Shown: positions 34,919-46,775 of the stretch, one piece after another | How the letters are laid out: each line of letters starts with the position of its first letter | Position numbering within the stretch: the first letter of the stretch is position 1 | DNA from: Macrostomum lignano | Taxonomy: Eukaryota | DNA length: 64,000 nucleotides | Direction: 5' to 3' | Assembly (NCBI GenBank): GCA_002269645.1 | Contig: NIVC01003053.1 | Span: forward strand, 1 to 64,000 | Notes under the pieces: model-generated | Seen by the model: the letters and a program-made list of their open reading frames with translations, nothing else | What the model was told of the DNA's origin: nothing | The model's database searches: none | Position numbers and translations under genes: made by a program

Positions 34919-35590
34919 AATTTGGGCCTACGCGCGTTGAATTTAATCCAGGATACGTTTGCCAATGTAACGGAGCTTTTGTCTATGGTAGCAAGGCTGG
35001 CACAGCGGCCAACAAGCATCAATTTGGTCCAAACGCTCCTGCCTTCTCGCAACCGTCTGCAGGTTGCTGAGTACCGCTGGAATGTCTGCGTCTCTACCGA
35101 CAATTTTCAGTCGCTTTTCCAGAGCTCTGCTGATAGTCGAAATCTGATAACCAACTGGAACTGTTCCTTCAACTTCTGTTGTATTTTCTGCAACGTCAAC
35201 AAAGGGTTCGTCTCCACTGCATCGAGTAGCAACTTGTCTTGGCGATCGCCACCCCTTTCGCAGGCGACCTCTGCCCGCAGTGGTTTCAACGCGTTCATGG
35301 ATGCTGTAAACCATGTTTTCTTTTACATTCAGCAGCCTTGCAATGTCCTTTGGGTGTTCACCTCTATCGAGTTCTTCGATCACAAGCCAATGGCATTCTT
35401 TCGACAGCCTAGTATATGTTCCACAATTTTGGGGCTGATGTTGCTACCCTGCAGCAGTTGCAAATGAAGCAATGGACCAAATTGATGCTTGTTGGACCAA
35501 AGGAAATGCCAGCCAATTGCTACCATAGACAAAAGCCCATTACATTGGCAAACGCATCTTGGATTAAATTCAATGCGCGCAGGCCCAAAT
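34919..35590 (-). mobile_element. Non-autonomous element with about 110-bp imperfect inverted repeats enclosing a Tc1/IS630-type transposase N-terminal (HTH) remnant
   Basis: 34919-35031 is the reverse complement of about 35472-35590. The interior translates with frameshifts as RLSKECHWLVIEELDRGEHPKDIARLLNVKENMVYSIHER...GGDRQDKLLLDAVETNPLLTLQKIQQKLKE. Confidence 0.7.
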
Positions 35591-36245
35591 GGGCTATATT
35601 ACTATATTAGGATATGGGCTATATAAGCTATATTAGGATCAGACACCATACCCCAGCCAATAACAGTCTACTCAGAGCAATTAAAAAAAGTGTCACCAGC
35701 TAGCTGCATGGAGTCCCATGCACAAGCAACTAGCAACCTGTCCAGCACTGAATTTATGAGTTTACGGCCTATCTACCATGGCTAAGTTTGTTTTACTCAT
35801 TTTTATTTGACTGTTATGCGCCTCTGATGATATATTTTTCATACACGTAGCTGTTTAATTGCTAAACGAATGCTCAACTAATATTTTCCAGTCATAAACG
35901 CTCATGGTGTTTAGGGGGCGTCAACCCACACCTAAATTGTTTTACCTAATTGTTATTCTACAATAGTTAACGCACGAAATAAAAAAACAAGAACTTTTAT
36001 TTTAGCTTTTCCTTTTTTCAATTGTCAATATATCGACAACTCAAGCACTTTGAAAATTATATTTTTATAAGTGTTTTATTAGACAAGAAAGTATGCGTTT
36101 AAGCGGTGTACACTTCACCCGAGAAATTAATCGCTAGATGATAGTAAACAAGTGGTTTTTGTTTGGCAGTCAATAACAAATTTTTGGTCATTATCGACAG
36201 TTTTGATGTACGGAATTAAAAAAAACATTTAGTCAGATATGATTC

Positions 36246-36460
36246 TTACATTAACTCAAGCCTGGTCACTTTGGCTTGTATGGTCTCATGGATATTGCCT
36301 GACACTCCTGGTAGCTCAGCGTCTCGTCCAGGAACATCCTTGGCCTTCCGGTAGCCTGAAATTGCGGTTTATTAAAATTAGCAAAGCTAAAGCAGACTCA
36401 CCGATTGCACCGTGGATTCTCGAATCAATCAGACTCAAATTTGGAATTTCAGGGATTCCA
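36246..36460 (-). other. Possible spliced terminal exon pair (...SRIHGAI|GYRKAKDVPGRDAELPG...TRLELM*)
   Basis: Donor G|gtgagt at 36401, acceptor aatttcag at 36356, 46-nt phase-1 intron, stop at 36246-36248. Link to the upstream gene not resolved. Confidence 0.35.
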
Positions 36461-37145
36461 TCCAGGATATACATGGTAGGAGATCTCATCCAGAATCTAC
36501 GCGGTAGGAGATCCAATCCAGGATCTACATGGGAGGAGATCCCATCCAGGATCTAGTAGGAGATCCCATTCCTGATCTAAATGGTAGGAGATCCCATCCA
36601 GGATCTACGCGGTAGTAGATCCCATCCAGAATCTACATAGTAGGAGATCCCATCCAGGATCTACATGGTAGGAGATCCCGTCCAGGATCTACATGGTAGG
36701 AGATCCCATCCAGGATCTACATGGTAGGAGATTCCATCCAGAATCTACATGGTAGGAGATCCCATCCAGAATATACGCGGTAGGAAATAGGAGATCCCAT
36801 TCACGATCTACATGGTAGGAGATCCCGTCCAGGATCTACATGTTAGGAGATCCCGTCCAGGATTTACATGGTAGGAGATCCCGTCCAGGATCTACATGGT
36901 AGGAGATCCCGTCCATGATCTACATGGTAGGAGATCCCGTCCATGATCTACATGGTAGGAGATCCCATCCAGGATCTACATGGTAGGAGATCCCATCCAG
37001 AATCTAAATAATAGTAGAGCCCATCCAGGATCTAAATAATAGTAGATCCCATCCAAAATCTACATGGAAGTAGATCCCATCCAGGATCTAAATAATAGTA
37101 GATCCCATCCAAAATCGATATGGTAGGAGATCCCACCCAGGATCC
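36440..37145. repeat. 28-bp minisatellite GGAGATCCCATCCAGGATCTACATGGTA
   Basis: About 24 tandem copies. Confidence 0.95.
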
Positions 37146-37200
37146 AGTTAGTTCCCACTAAGGATCCGATAAAAGGTCTCAGTGATACAACTTAGAAATT

Positions 37201-40200
37201 CTACAACATGTAATTTAGAATCTTGAAGAATACCGACATCGCAGAAATAGTCTCAAAGCCCCCCTCAGAGCTCACCAGATAGTAGGATTCGCTAAAGAAC
37301 TGGCCATATCTGTAGTCGGTCTCCACCTGGCGGTATTCGGTAATGTGCCGTTTCTCCTCTATAAGCCTACGCTTCAGGTGCAGATGGTCATTAGCCACAA
37401 TGCTGGCCTCGTCCATCGGTGCTAAAAATGGCATCAACGCGTAGTCGCGCTGGAAAACTGTAACGGCGCCGGTGGAACCCATGGCCGACATGCCCGACTT
37501 GGAGTCGATGGTGTCCGGCACTGGCACTTTTTGGACGCAGCAGCGTCTGCTCCGATTGATGAGGAACTGGCTAATCTCTTCCATGCTCCTCGGCGATTTA
37601 TCAGATTCGCTGACAATTCTGCCGTGGCTGTCCTTGACGGTGTTGCGCCAGAATCTGTCGCTGAAGGTGCCCAGTATGCAAATGACTGTGGAGTTGGCGG
37701 CCAGGTGGAACGGAGTGGTTCGCAGCACCCGCATGAGGACGGACAGCGAGATGTTTGGCACGCTGTTGACGGCGCTTGTCAGGCCGAGGTAAACATCGAA
37801 ATAGCTGTAGGCTACAAATGATTCTAAGAATTTTGAGCAGCAGAGCACTTCGATGAGCTGATGAACGATTCGTTCGATTGTTGATTCGTCTTGATCGCAT
37901 TGGATCGCGTTTTGGGCAATGCTGAACAGAAGGCAGATGCAGTTGAACACGTCCCAGCGTTGGTACCAGGCCAGCGAGTCTTCGCTCTGCGGAAGCCCGG
38001 TTCGATGATCCCAACTATTAGTCTTGGTTGTGATGATCCCAACTATTAGTCTCGGCTTTGATGATCCCAACTATTAATCTCGGTTGTGATGATCCCAACT
38101 ATTAGTCCCGGTTGTGATGATCCCAACTATTAGTCCCGGTTGTGATGATCCCAACTATTAGTCCCGGTTGTGATGATCGAAACTATTAGTCCCGGTTTTG
38201 ACAGTCCTAACTATTAGTCCCGGTTTTGACAGTCCTAACTATTAGTCTCGGTTTTGACAGTCCTAACTATTAGTCCCGGTTGTGATGATCCCAACTATTA
38301 GTCCCGGTTTTGACAGTCCTAACTATTAGTCCCGGTTTTGACAGTCCTAACTATTAGTCTCGGTTTTGACAGTCCTAACTATTAGTCCCGGTTGTGATGA
38401 TCATAACTATTAGTCCTGGTTTTGATAATCCCAACTATTAGTCCCGGTTGTGATGATCATAACTATTAGTCCTGGTTTTGATAATCCCAACTATTAGTCC
38501 CGGTTTTGGTGATCCCAACTATTAGTACCGGCTTTGATGATCCCAACTATTAGTCTCGGTTGTGATGATCCCAACTATTAGTCTCGGCTTTGATGATCCC
38601 AACTATTAGTCTCGGCTTTGATGATCCCAACTATTAGTCTCGGCTTTGATGATCCCAACTATTAGTCTCGGCTTTGATGATCCCAACTATTAGTCTCGGC
38701 TTTGATGATCCCAACTATTAGTCTCGGCTTTGATGATCCCAACTATTAGTCTCGGTTGTGATGATCCCAACTATTAGTCCCGGTTGTGATGATCCAAACT
38801 ATTAGTCCCGGTTTTGACAGTCCTAACTATTAGTCCCGGTTTTGACAGTCCTAACTATTAGTCTCGGTTTTGACAGTCCTAACTATTAGTCCCGGTTGTG
38901 ATGATCATAACTATTAGTCCTGGTTTTGATAATCCCAACTATTAGTCCCGGTTTTGGTGATCCCAACTATTAGTCCCGATTCGATGATCCCAACTATTAG
39001 TCCCAAATTGAGATATCAGCTTTTGCGCCAGAAATGATAGAAAACCTCCATATTGTTATAAATCTGGTCGCAAACACCCAGCACAGAATCCCAATACTTT
39101 TGACCGCACTCACAGAGCTAATCTCTTCCCATGGCTGGTTCCTCAGGTACACCATAGCGTTCCCAGTTCCCTGTCGCATGCTATAGACGAAATCATAGAT
39201 TTGAAAGACCAGCGGCTCCTGCCAGATGTCTGTGCACGAGCAGATTGGGTGCATGGTGAAAAATTCCATTTTTAGCATGCTGTCAACCAGAGCCAGAACT
39301 TGAGCAAGGCTTCGCATGTTGTCGCGGTCGTAATAGTTCAGATGCACCAAAAACCGGCGGAGTGGCGAACAGGCGTGTGGCAGCACCGGCCTGATCACGC
39401 CCTGGTGCTGCGGGGGAGCGCGGGTTGCGGAGGGATTGGTTGAAGTCACCCAGTAACAAACTAGTGCCATTAGCTAGCGGGATGGGAGGGCGAGAGAGGG
39501 GGAAAGGGAGAGGAGAGAAGGGGAGAGAGGAGAGAAGGGGAGAGAGGAGAGAAGGGGAGAGAGGAGAGAAGGGGAGAGAGGAGAGAAGGGGAGAGAGGAG
39601 AGAAGGGGAGAGAGGAGAGAAGGGGAGAGAGGAGAGAAGGGGAGAGAGGAGAGAAGGGGAGAGAGGAGAGAAGGGGAGAGAGGATAGTAGGGGAGAGAGG
39701 ATAATAGAGAAGAGAGGATAGTAGGAGAGAGAGGAGAGAAGGGGAGAGAGGAGAGAAGGGGAGAGAGGATAGTAGGGGAGAGAGGATAATAGAGAAGAGA
39801 GGATAGTAGGAGAGAGAGGAGAGAAGGGGAGAGAGGATAATAGGGGAGAGAGGATAATATGGGAGAGAGGATAATAGGGGAGAGAGGATAATAGGGGAGA
39901 GAGAATAGTAGAGAGGATAATAGGGAAGAGAGGATAGTAGGAGAGAGAGGAGAGTGGGGAGGATAATAGGGGAGAGAGGAGAGAAGGGGAGAGAGGATAG
40001 TAGGGGAGAGAGGAGAGAAGGGGAGAGAGGATAGTAGGGGAGAGAGGATAATAGGGGAGAGAGGATAGTAGGAGAGAGGAGAGAAGGGGAGAGAGGATGA
40101 TAGGGGAGAGAGGATAGTAGAGGAGAGAGGATAATAGGGGAGAGAGGATAATATGGGAGAGAGGATAATAGGGGAGAGAGGATAATAGGGGAGAGAGAAT

Positions 40201-43200
40201 AGTAGAGAGGATAATAGGGAAGAGAGGATAGTAGGAGAGAGAGGAGAGTGGGGAGGATAATAGGGGAGAGAGGAGAGAAGGGGAGAGAGGATAGTAGGGG
40301 AGAGAGGAGAGAAGGGGAGAGAGGATAGTAGGGGAGAGAGGATAATAGGGGAGAGAGGATAGTAGGAGAGAGGAGAGAAGGGGAGAGAGGAGAGAAGGGG
40401 AGAGAGGATAATAGGAGAGAGAGGAGAGAAGGGGAGAGAGGATAGTAGGGGAGAGAGGATAATAGGGGAGAGAGGATAATAGGGAAGAGAGGATAATAGG
40501 GGAGAGAGGATAATAGGGGAGAGAGGATAATAGGGGAGAGAGGATAATAGGGGAGAGAGGATAATAGGGGAGAGGGGATAATAGGGGAGAGGGGATAATA
40601 GGGGAGAGAGGATAATATGGGAGAGAGGATAATATGGGAGAGAGGATAATAGGGAGAGAGGATAATAGGGGAGAGAGGATAATAGGGGAGAGAGGATAAT
40701 AGGGGTGAGAGGATAATAGGGAAGAGAGGATAGTAGGGGAGAGAGGATAATAGGGAGAGAGGATAATAGGGGAGAGAGGATAATAGGGGAGAGAGGAGAG
40801 AAGGGGAGAGAGGATAATAGGGGAGAGAGGATAGTAGGAGAGAGGAGAGAAGGAGAGAGGAGAGAAGGGGAGAGAGGATAATAGGGGAGAGAGGATAATA
40901 GGGGAGAGAGGATAATAGGGAAGAGAGGATAATAGGGGAGAGAGGATAATATGGGAGAGCGGATAATAGGGGAGAGAGGATAATATGGGAGAGCGGATAA
41001 TAGGGGAGAGAGGATAATAGGGGAGAGAGGATAATAGGGAGAGAGGATAATAGGGGAGAGCGGATAATAGGGGAGAGAGGATAATAGGGGTGAGAGGATA
41101 ATAGGGAAGAGAGGATAGTAGAGGAGAGAGGAGAGAAGGGCAGATAGGAGAGAGAAGGAGAGGAGAGAGGGGGAGAAGAGTTAGGAAGCAGCCGACACTG
41201 ACAGAAAAGAGCAACAGTTTAGCCTTGGGTTCAAAATAGTCTGAATCAGCGATGCAGTCCCGGTGCCGCAAGTCTCTGGGATCGCTGCGTGTCTTACCTG
41301 CTTGAAAGCGTCGGCAAATATGGCGGGACAGCGAGCGTCCCTGTCTTTGTACACCCTCCGGCCAGCGTACAGGCCACGAAGCTGCTTCTCCTTGCAGTTG
41401 GCCTTGGTGAGCTTCCGTAGCTCGACGCACTCAAGCATGCTGCGACCGAAATAGCGCAGATCATCAACGTCCACTCCGCCAATGTCTATCAGCCTCTCGT
41501 AGAAGCCCGTGATTGATATTGTCGGATTGGTGCGCAGATGGTAGCGGATCATGTCTACCCAGTCGAGGAAGGGCGTCATGTACTGGTAATACCGGCGCCT
41601 GTACAGCAGCACCTGCGGCGAAGGACGGGCGAGTGGAAAGAAAATTAAACTGATGGAAATAATAAAGCGTTTCTAGAAAGTCTGTGAATATTAACAAATG
41701 CTTAAAGCAATGCAATGGATTGCCAATCTATCAATATTAACAAATGATTGAAGCAACACAATGGATTGCTAATCTATCAATATTAACAAATGATTGAAGC
41801 AATGCAATGGATTGCTAATCTATCAATATTAACAAATGATTGAAGCAACACAATGGATTGCTAATCTATCAATATTAACAAATGATTGAAGCAACACAAT
41901 GGATTGCCAATCTATCAATATTAACAAATGATTGAAGCAACACAATGGATTGCTAATCTATCAATATTAACAAATGATTGAAGCAATGCAATGGATTGCT
42001 AATCTATCAATATTAACAAATGATTGAAGCAACACAATGGATTGCCAATCTATCAATATTAACAAATGATTGAAGCAACACAATGGATTGCTAATCTATC
42101 AATATTAACAAATGATTGAAGCAACACAATGGATTGCTAATCTATCAATATTAACAAATTATTGAAGCAACACAATGGATTGCTAATCTATCAATATTAA
42201 CAAATGATTCAAGCAACACAATGGATTGCTAATCTATCAATATTAACAAATGATTGAAGCAATGCAATGGATTGCTAATCTATCAATATTAACAAATGAT
42301 TCAAGCAACACAATGGATTGCTAATCTATCAATATTAACAAATGATTGAAGCAATGCAATGGATTGCCAATCTATCAATATTAACAAATGATTGAAGCAA
42401 CACAATGGATTGCTAATCTATCAATATTAACAAATGATTGAAGCAATGCAATGGATTGCTAATCTATCAATATTAACAAATGATTGAAGCAATGCAATGG
42501 ATTGCCAATCTATCAATATTAACAAATGATTGAAGCAATGCAATGGATTGCCAATCTATCAATATTAACAAATGATTGAAGCAATGCAATGGATTGCTAA
42601 TCTATCAATATTAACAAATGATTGGATCAATGCAATGGATTGCCAATCTATCAATATTAACAAATGATTGGATCAATGCAATGGATTGCCAATCTATCAA
42701 TATTAACAAATGATTGAAGCAATGCAATGGATTGCTAATCTATCAATATTAACAAATGATTGGATCAATGCAATGGATTGCCAATCTATCAATATTAACA
42801 AATGATTGCATCAATGCAATGGATTGCCAATCTATCAATATTAACAAATGATTGAAGCAATGCAATGGATTGCTAATCTATCAATATTAACAAATGATTG
42901 AAGCAATGCAATGGATTGCTAATCTATCAATATTAACAAATGATTGGATCAATGCAATGGATTGCCAATCTATCAATATTAATAAATTCTTGAAGCAATG
43001 CAATGGATTGCTAATCTATCAATATTAACAAATGCTTGAAGCAACACAATGGATTGCCAATCTATCAATATTAACAAATGATTGAAGCAATGCAATGGAT
43101 TGCTAATCTATCAATATTAACAAATGATTGAAGCAATGCAATGGATTGCTAATCTATCAATATTAACAAATGCTTGAAGCAACACAATGGATTGCCAATC

Positions 43201-45521
43201 TATCAATATTAACAAATGATTGAAGCAACACAATGGATTGCTAAACTATCAATATTAACAAATGATTGAAGCAATGCAATGGATTGCTAATCTATCAATA
43301 TTAACAAATGATTGGATCAATGCAATGGATTGCTAATCTATCAATATTAACAAATGATTGAAGCAACACAACGGATTGCTAATCTATCAGTATTAACAAA
43401 TGATTGAAGCAACACAATGGATTGCTAATCTATCAATATTAACATTCAAGCAACACAATGGATTGCCAATCTATCAATATTAACAAATGATTGGATCAAT
43501 GCAATGGATTGCCAATCTATCAATATTAACAAATGATTGAAGCAACACAATGGATTGCTAATCTATCAATATTAACAAATGATTCAAGCAACACAATGGA
43601 TTGCTAATCTATCAATATTAACATTCAAGCAACACAATGGATTGCTAATCTATCACTCACCGAGGGACTGTTGGGCAGCCAGCCCATATCCAGCATGATC
43701 GGTACAGCGTCCTGGTATTCCCGCCTAACCATGAGGTAGTCGAGCTGGAACCGGAAGATATCGCCCTCGTAGCAGTACACATAGGTAGCGTACTGAAACG
43801 CGTACACATTGAAGAATGGCAGCATTTTCTCGGCTTTTTTCTTTTCGTAGGCTTTTGCTGAAGCGAAATCCGACTGCGGCTGGCCTTGCCTCGGCTGTCG
43901 GTTCTCCCGACGGTTGATCATCTTCGGGGTGCGCGGCAGGACACCTTTAGAGTGCACGCGTACTAATAGACTGAGAGCGGTTGTCTGCTTCAGGTAGATT
44001 AGGACACCGATGCTGGTCAGGTAGAGCACGACTCGGTCTGACAGGGGATTTTGGGGAGTTGTGACTTGGGAGTTTGTGAGGAACTCTACCCAACTACATA
44101 GTCTCTTCTTGCTGCAACCTTGCTGTCCTTGCCATCGTCAAGTTTCTTCATTGATTCCCATTTTTATTCCCTCTCTTCGATCCTACTTTTAACTCCCTGA
44201 TCCTCTTCCCCCTACTGATCCTCTTCCCCTATCCTGATCCTCTTCCCCTATCCTAATCCTCTTCCCCTATCCTGATCCTCTTTCCCTATCCTAATCCTCT
44301 TCCCCTATCCTGATCCTCTTCCCCTCTCCCCGATTTTCTCTCCCCCCTACCTGATCCTCTTCCCCTCTCCCCGATTTTCTCTTCCCCTATCCTGACCCTC
44401 TTTCCCTCTCCCTGATCCTCTTCCCCTCTCCCCGATTTTCTCTCCCCCTCCCTGATCCTCTTCCCCTCTCCCCGATCCTCTTCCCCCCTCCCTGATCCTC
44501 TTCCCCTCTCCCCGATTTTCTCTCCCCCCTACCTGATCCTCTTCCCCTCTCCCCGATTTTCTCTTCCCCTATCCTGACCCTCTTTCCCTCTCCCTGATCC
44601 TCTTCCCCTCTCCCTGATCCTCTTCCCCTCTCCCTGATCCTCTTCCCCTCTCCCCGATTTTCTCTCCCCCTCCCTGATCCTCTTCCCCTCTCCCCGATCC
44701 TCTTCCCCCCTCCCTGATCCTCTTCCCCTCTCCCCGATTTTCTCTCCCCCTCCCTGACCTTCTTCCTCTATCCTGACCCTCTTCCCCTATCCTGATCCTC
44801 TTCCCCTATCCTGATCCTCTTCCCCTATCCTGACCCTCTTTCCCTCTCCCCGATCCTCTTCCCCTCTCCCTGATCCTCTTCCCCTCTCCCTGATCCTCTT
44901 CCCCTCTCCCCGATTTTCTCTCCCCCTCCCTGATCCTCTTCCCCTTTCCCCGATCCTCTTCCCCTCTCCCTGATCCTCCCTCCTTCTCCCTGATCTCCAG
45001 TAACCAAACGGTATTTGAATCCCTCGCTGCAACATAAGCAAGTCCTACTCACTGTGAAAGCAAGGCAAATCCGTGCACTTGCTCCTGAAGTACAACTGAG
45101 GATCGTCCAGGATCTGATAGTACCTGTCATCCCTGAGCATAGCTCTCAGGTGCACCCGGTTCAATAAGCGAGTCATCCTAGTATGATTCGAGTCCAGCAA
45201 AATTGACAACAAAGTTGACGTCTCGGCCGAGTTAAAGCTGAAATACTCCGGCAAAGCAACGGTCGGATGGGTCTCGATCGCGTCGAGAACGAGGCCGTTG
45301 TCTAGGAAATCTTCGCAAGCCGGCGGCAACAGCTGGTCAACCGGATTCAAGTCGCGAAACACCGGGTGCCGGACCCTGCGAACCCGATCATGCATCTTGG
45401 TTTTGGCCTCCTTGATCTGCTCAACTTCGTGCTTGATCTGTTGACGAATTTCGGTCAGATGGCTCTGCGGTCGGCCTTGCGAAGCCTGCTGGCAGCTGCT
45501 GCTATTGTTGCTTGTCGCCAT
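37201..45521 (-). CDS. Uncharacterised 5-exon protein (about 746 aa), candidate highly diverged KDZ/Zisupton-type transposase derivative
   Basis: Exons 45521-45053, 44037-43661, 41612-41298, 39407-39114, 37986-37201 (alternative donor at 37275); GT-AG, phases 1,0,0,0. The gene model is well supported. The KDZ call rests only on motif order seen by eye. Confidence 0.75.
38000..39005. repeat. 28-bp minisatellite TGATGATCCCAACTATTAGTCTCGGCTT (intron 4 of the unknown gene)
   Basis: About 35 tandem copies. Confidence 0.95.
39490..41180. repeat. 17-bp purine-rich minisatellite GGGGAGAGAGGATAATA and variants (intron 3)
   Basis: About 1.7 kb array with internal block duplications. Confidence 0.95.
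41712..43655. repeat. 46-bp minisatellite filling intron 2 of the unknown gene
   Basis: Unit AATGGATTGCTAATCTATCAATATTAACAAATGATTGAAGCAACAC, about 42 copies. Confidence 0.97.
44195..44998. repeat. About 20-bp pyrimidine-rich minisatellite CCTGATCCTCTTCCCCTCTC (intron 1)
   Basis: About 40 tandem copies. Confidence 0.95.
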
Positions 45522-45852
45522 GCCGACTGGATGTTCTGATGTTTCTTTATTGCCAAGAGAAAACAACTAAGAATTTTTTCGTTCAACGATTACGTTGCTT
45601 CTATAGTTTTCTCGGCAATCTCTACTTGGCAATATAAAAGTCCAAGTTGTTCGGATGTTTAACCATAGACAAAAGTTTACGAGCGCATCGCAGCTAATCT
45701 CAGTTCGAGCGAGTGCCAACTGCATTCTACGGTAATCATGTCAGGAGCGACTGAAGAGACCGACCGACTGACTAGCGGATTGGGACTAGACTACTAAGAA
45801 ACTAAGGACGTAGAACTTAGCATTCGTAGGATTTTTTTTCAAGGCCTGCAGT

Positions 45853-45894
<42 letters not shown>

Positions 45895-45895
45895 G

Positions 45896-45962
<67 letters not shown>

Positions 45963-45995
45963 GTCTATCTATCTATCTGTCTATCTATCTATCTA
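45853..45995. repeat. (TATC)n microsatellite
   Basis: About 35 units. It resumes briefly at 50086-50100. Confidence 0.97.
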
Positions 45996-46199
45996 CACTC
46001 AGCAACATTAAAAAGTGTCCACCCTTGCGCCAAGGGTCAATGGGCAGCACGATCGATGGTTTCGCCAATTGGTTTTGGGCCATAGACAAATGAGCAAAAA
46101 AGGGCAGGAAAGTAAAGACCGATATCTGGTGTCACAGGGAAAAGCGTTACAGTAACGAGTGTACAGGGGTTTACTGGAGGCATCTGGACGCAGGTGACA

Positions 46200-46420
46200 A
46201 CGATAGCCCGCTAAATGACTGATTGGCGCACTCTGCGTTGGCCGTCCAGATCACCGGATATGAACCCGATTAAGCACGCGTGGGATTTCCTAAAGCGCAC
46301 GATTCGGTGCAACAATTTCTATCCCCCCAGAACATGGTCCAGCTGCACAATGCGCTTTTTTAAGTCGCGTGGCAACAGCTTCCACAATACTTTCTGCGGC
46401 GCCTTGCTCGGGAATGCCTC
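46200..46420 (+). pseudogene. Tc1-family transposase C-terminal remnant
   Basis: LRWPSRSPDMNPIKHAWDFLKR matches the Tc1 WPSxSPDLNPIExxW motif, with the catalytic Glu replaced by Lys. No intact upstream DD region. Confidence 0.8.
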
Positions 46421-46775
46421 GACGAGTGAGCGGTCTGTTGGATGCTCGTGGTTGCTATCTATACCTGTTACTGACTGTGCTTTAAACATGTACACAGCGT
46501 GGAAATGGGTATGAACTTGTTTCGCTGCTCATTCTTATTTGATTCTTTCATTTTACATTCTGCCCAAAAAAGGTTATAATTGATATTACTATAGACATTA
46601 CCCGCTGCTAGCGGGGGTGCGGGGGCAGAGCCCCCGCTGGGGGCGTGGGGGCGAACCCCCCACATTTTAACCATAGACAAAATCAATCTTGCACGCTGGA
46701 GATGGTGAGGGGAGGGGGTAACGAAAGGAGATTACAATTGAAAGCTAGTTGCCACTATAAAAACAAAGCAATGGT

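Noticed and set aside
39283-41430. 715-aa minus-strand ORF, and similar ORFs at 15278-15763, 17291-17880, 25650-26115, 50936-51237, 54539-55205, 58192-59152, 60950-61683 and 62286-63711
   Set aside because: They are translations of stop-free minisatellite units lying inside introns or flanks defined by good splice sites.
44098-44165. Coding-looking stretch WESMKKLDDGKDSKVAARRDY in intron 1 of the unknown gene
   Set aside because: No convincing acceptor/donor pair with compatible phases.
45027-45052. Possible 26-nt micro-intron (gtgagt...ttgcag) after exon 1 of the unknown gene
   Set aside because: Very short, and it would lead into the repeat array. The direct phase-1 splice 45053 to 44037 already gives a continuous frame.
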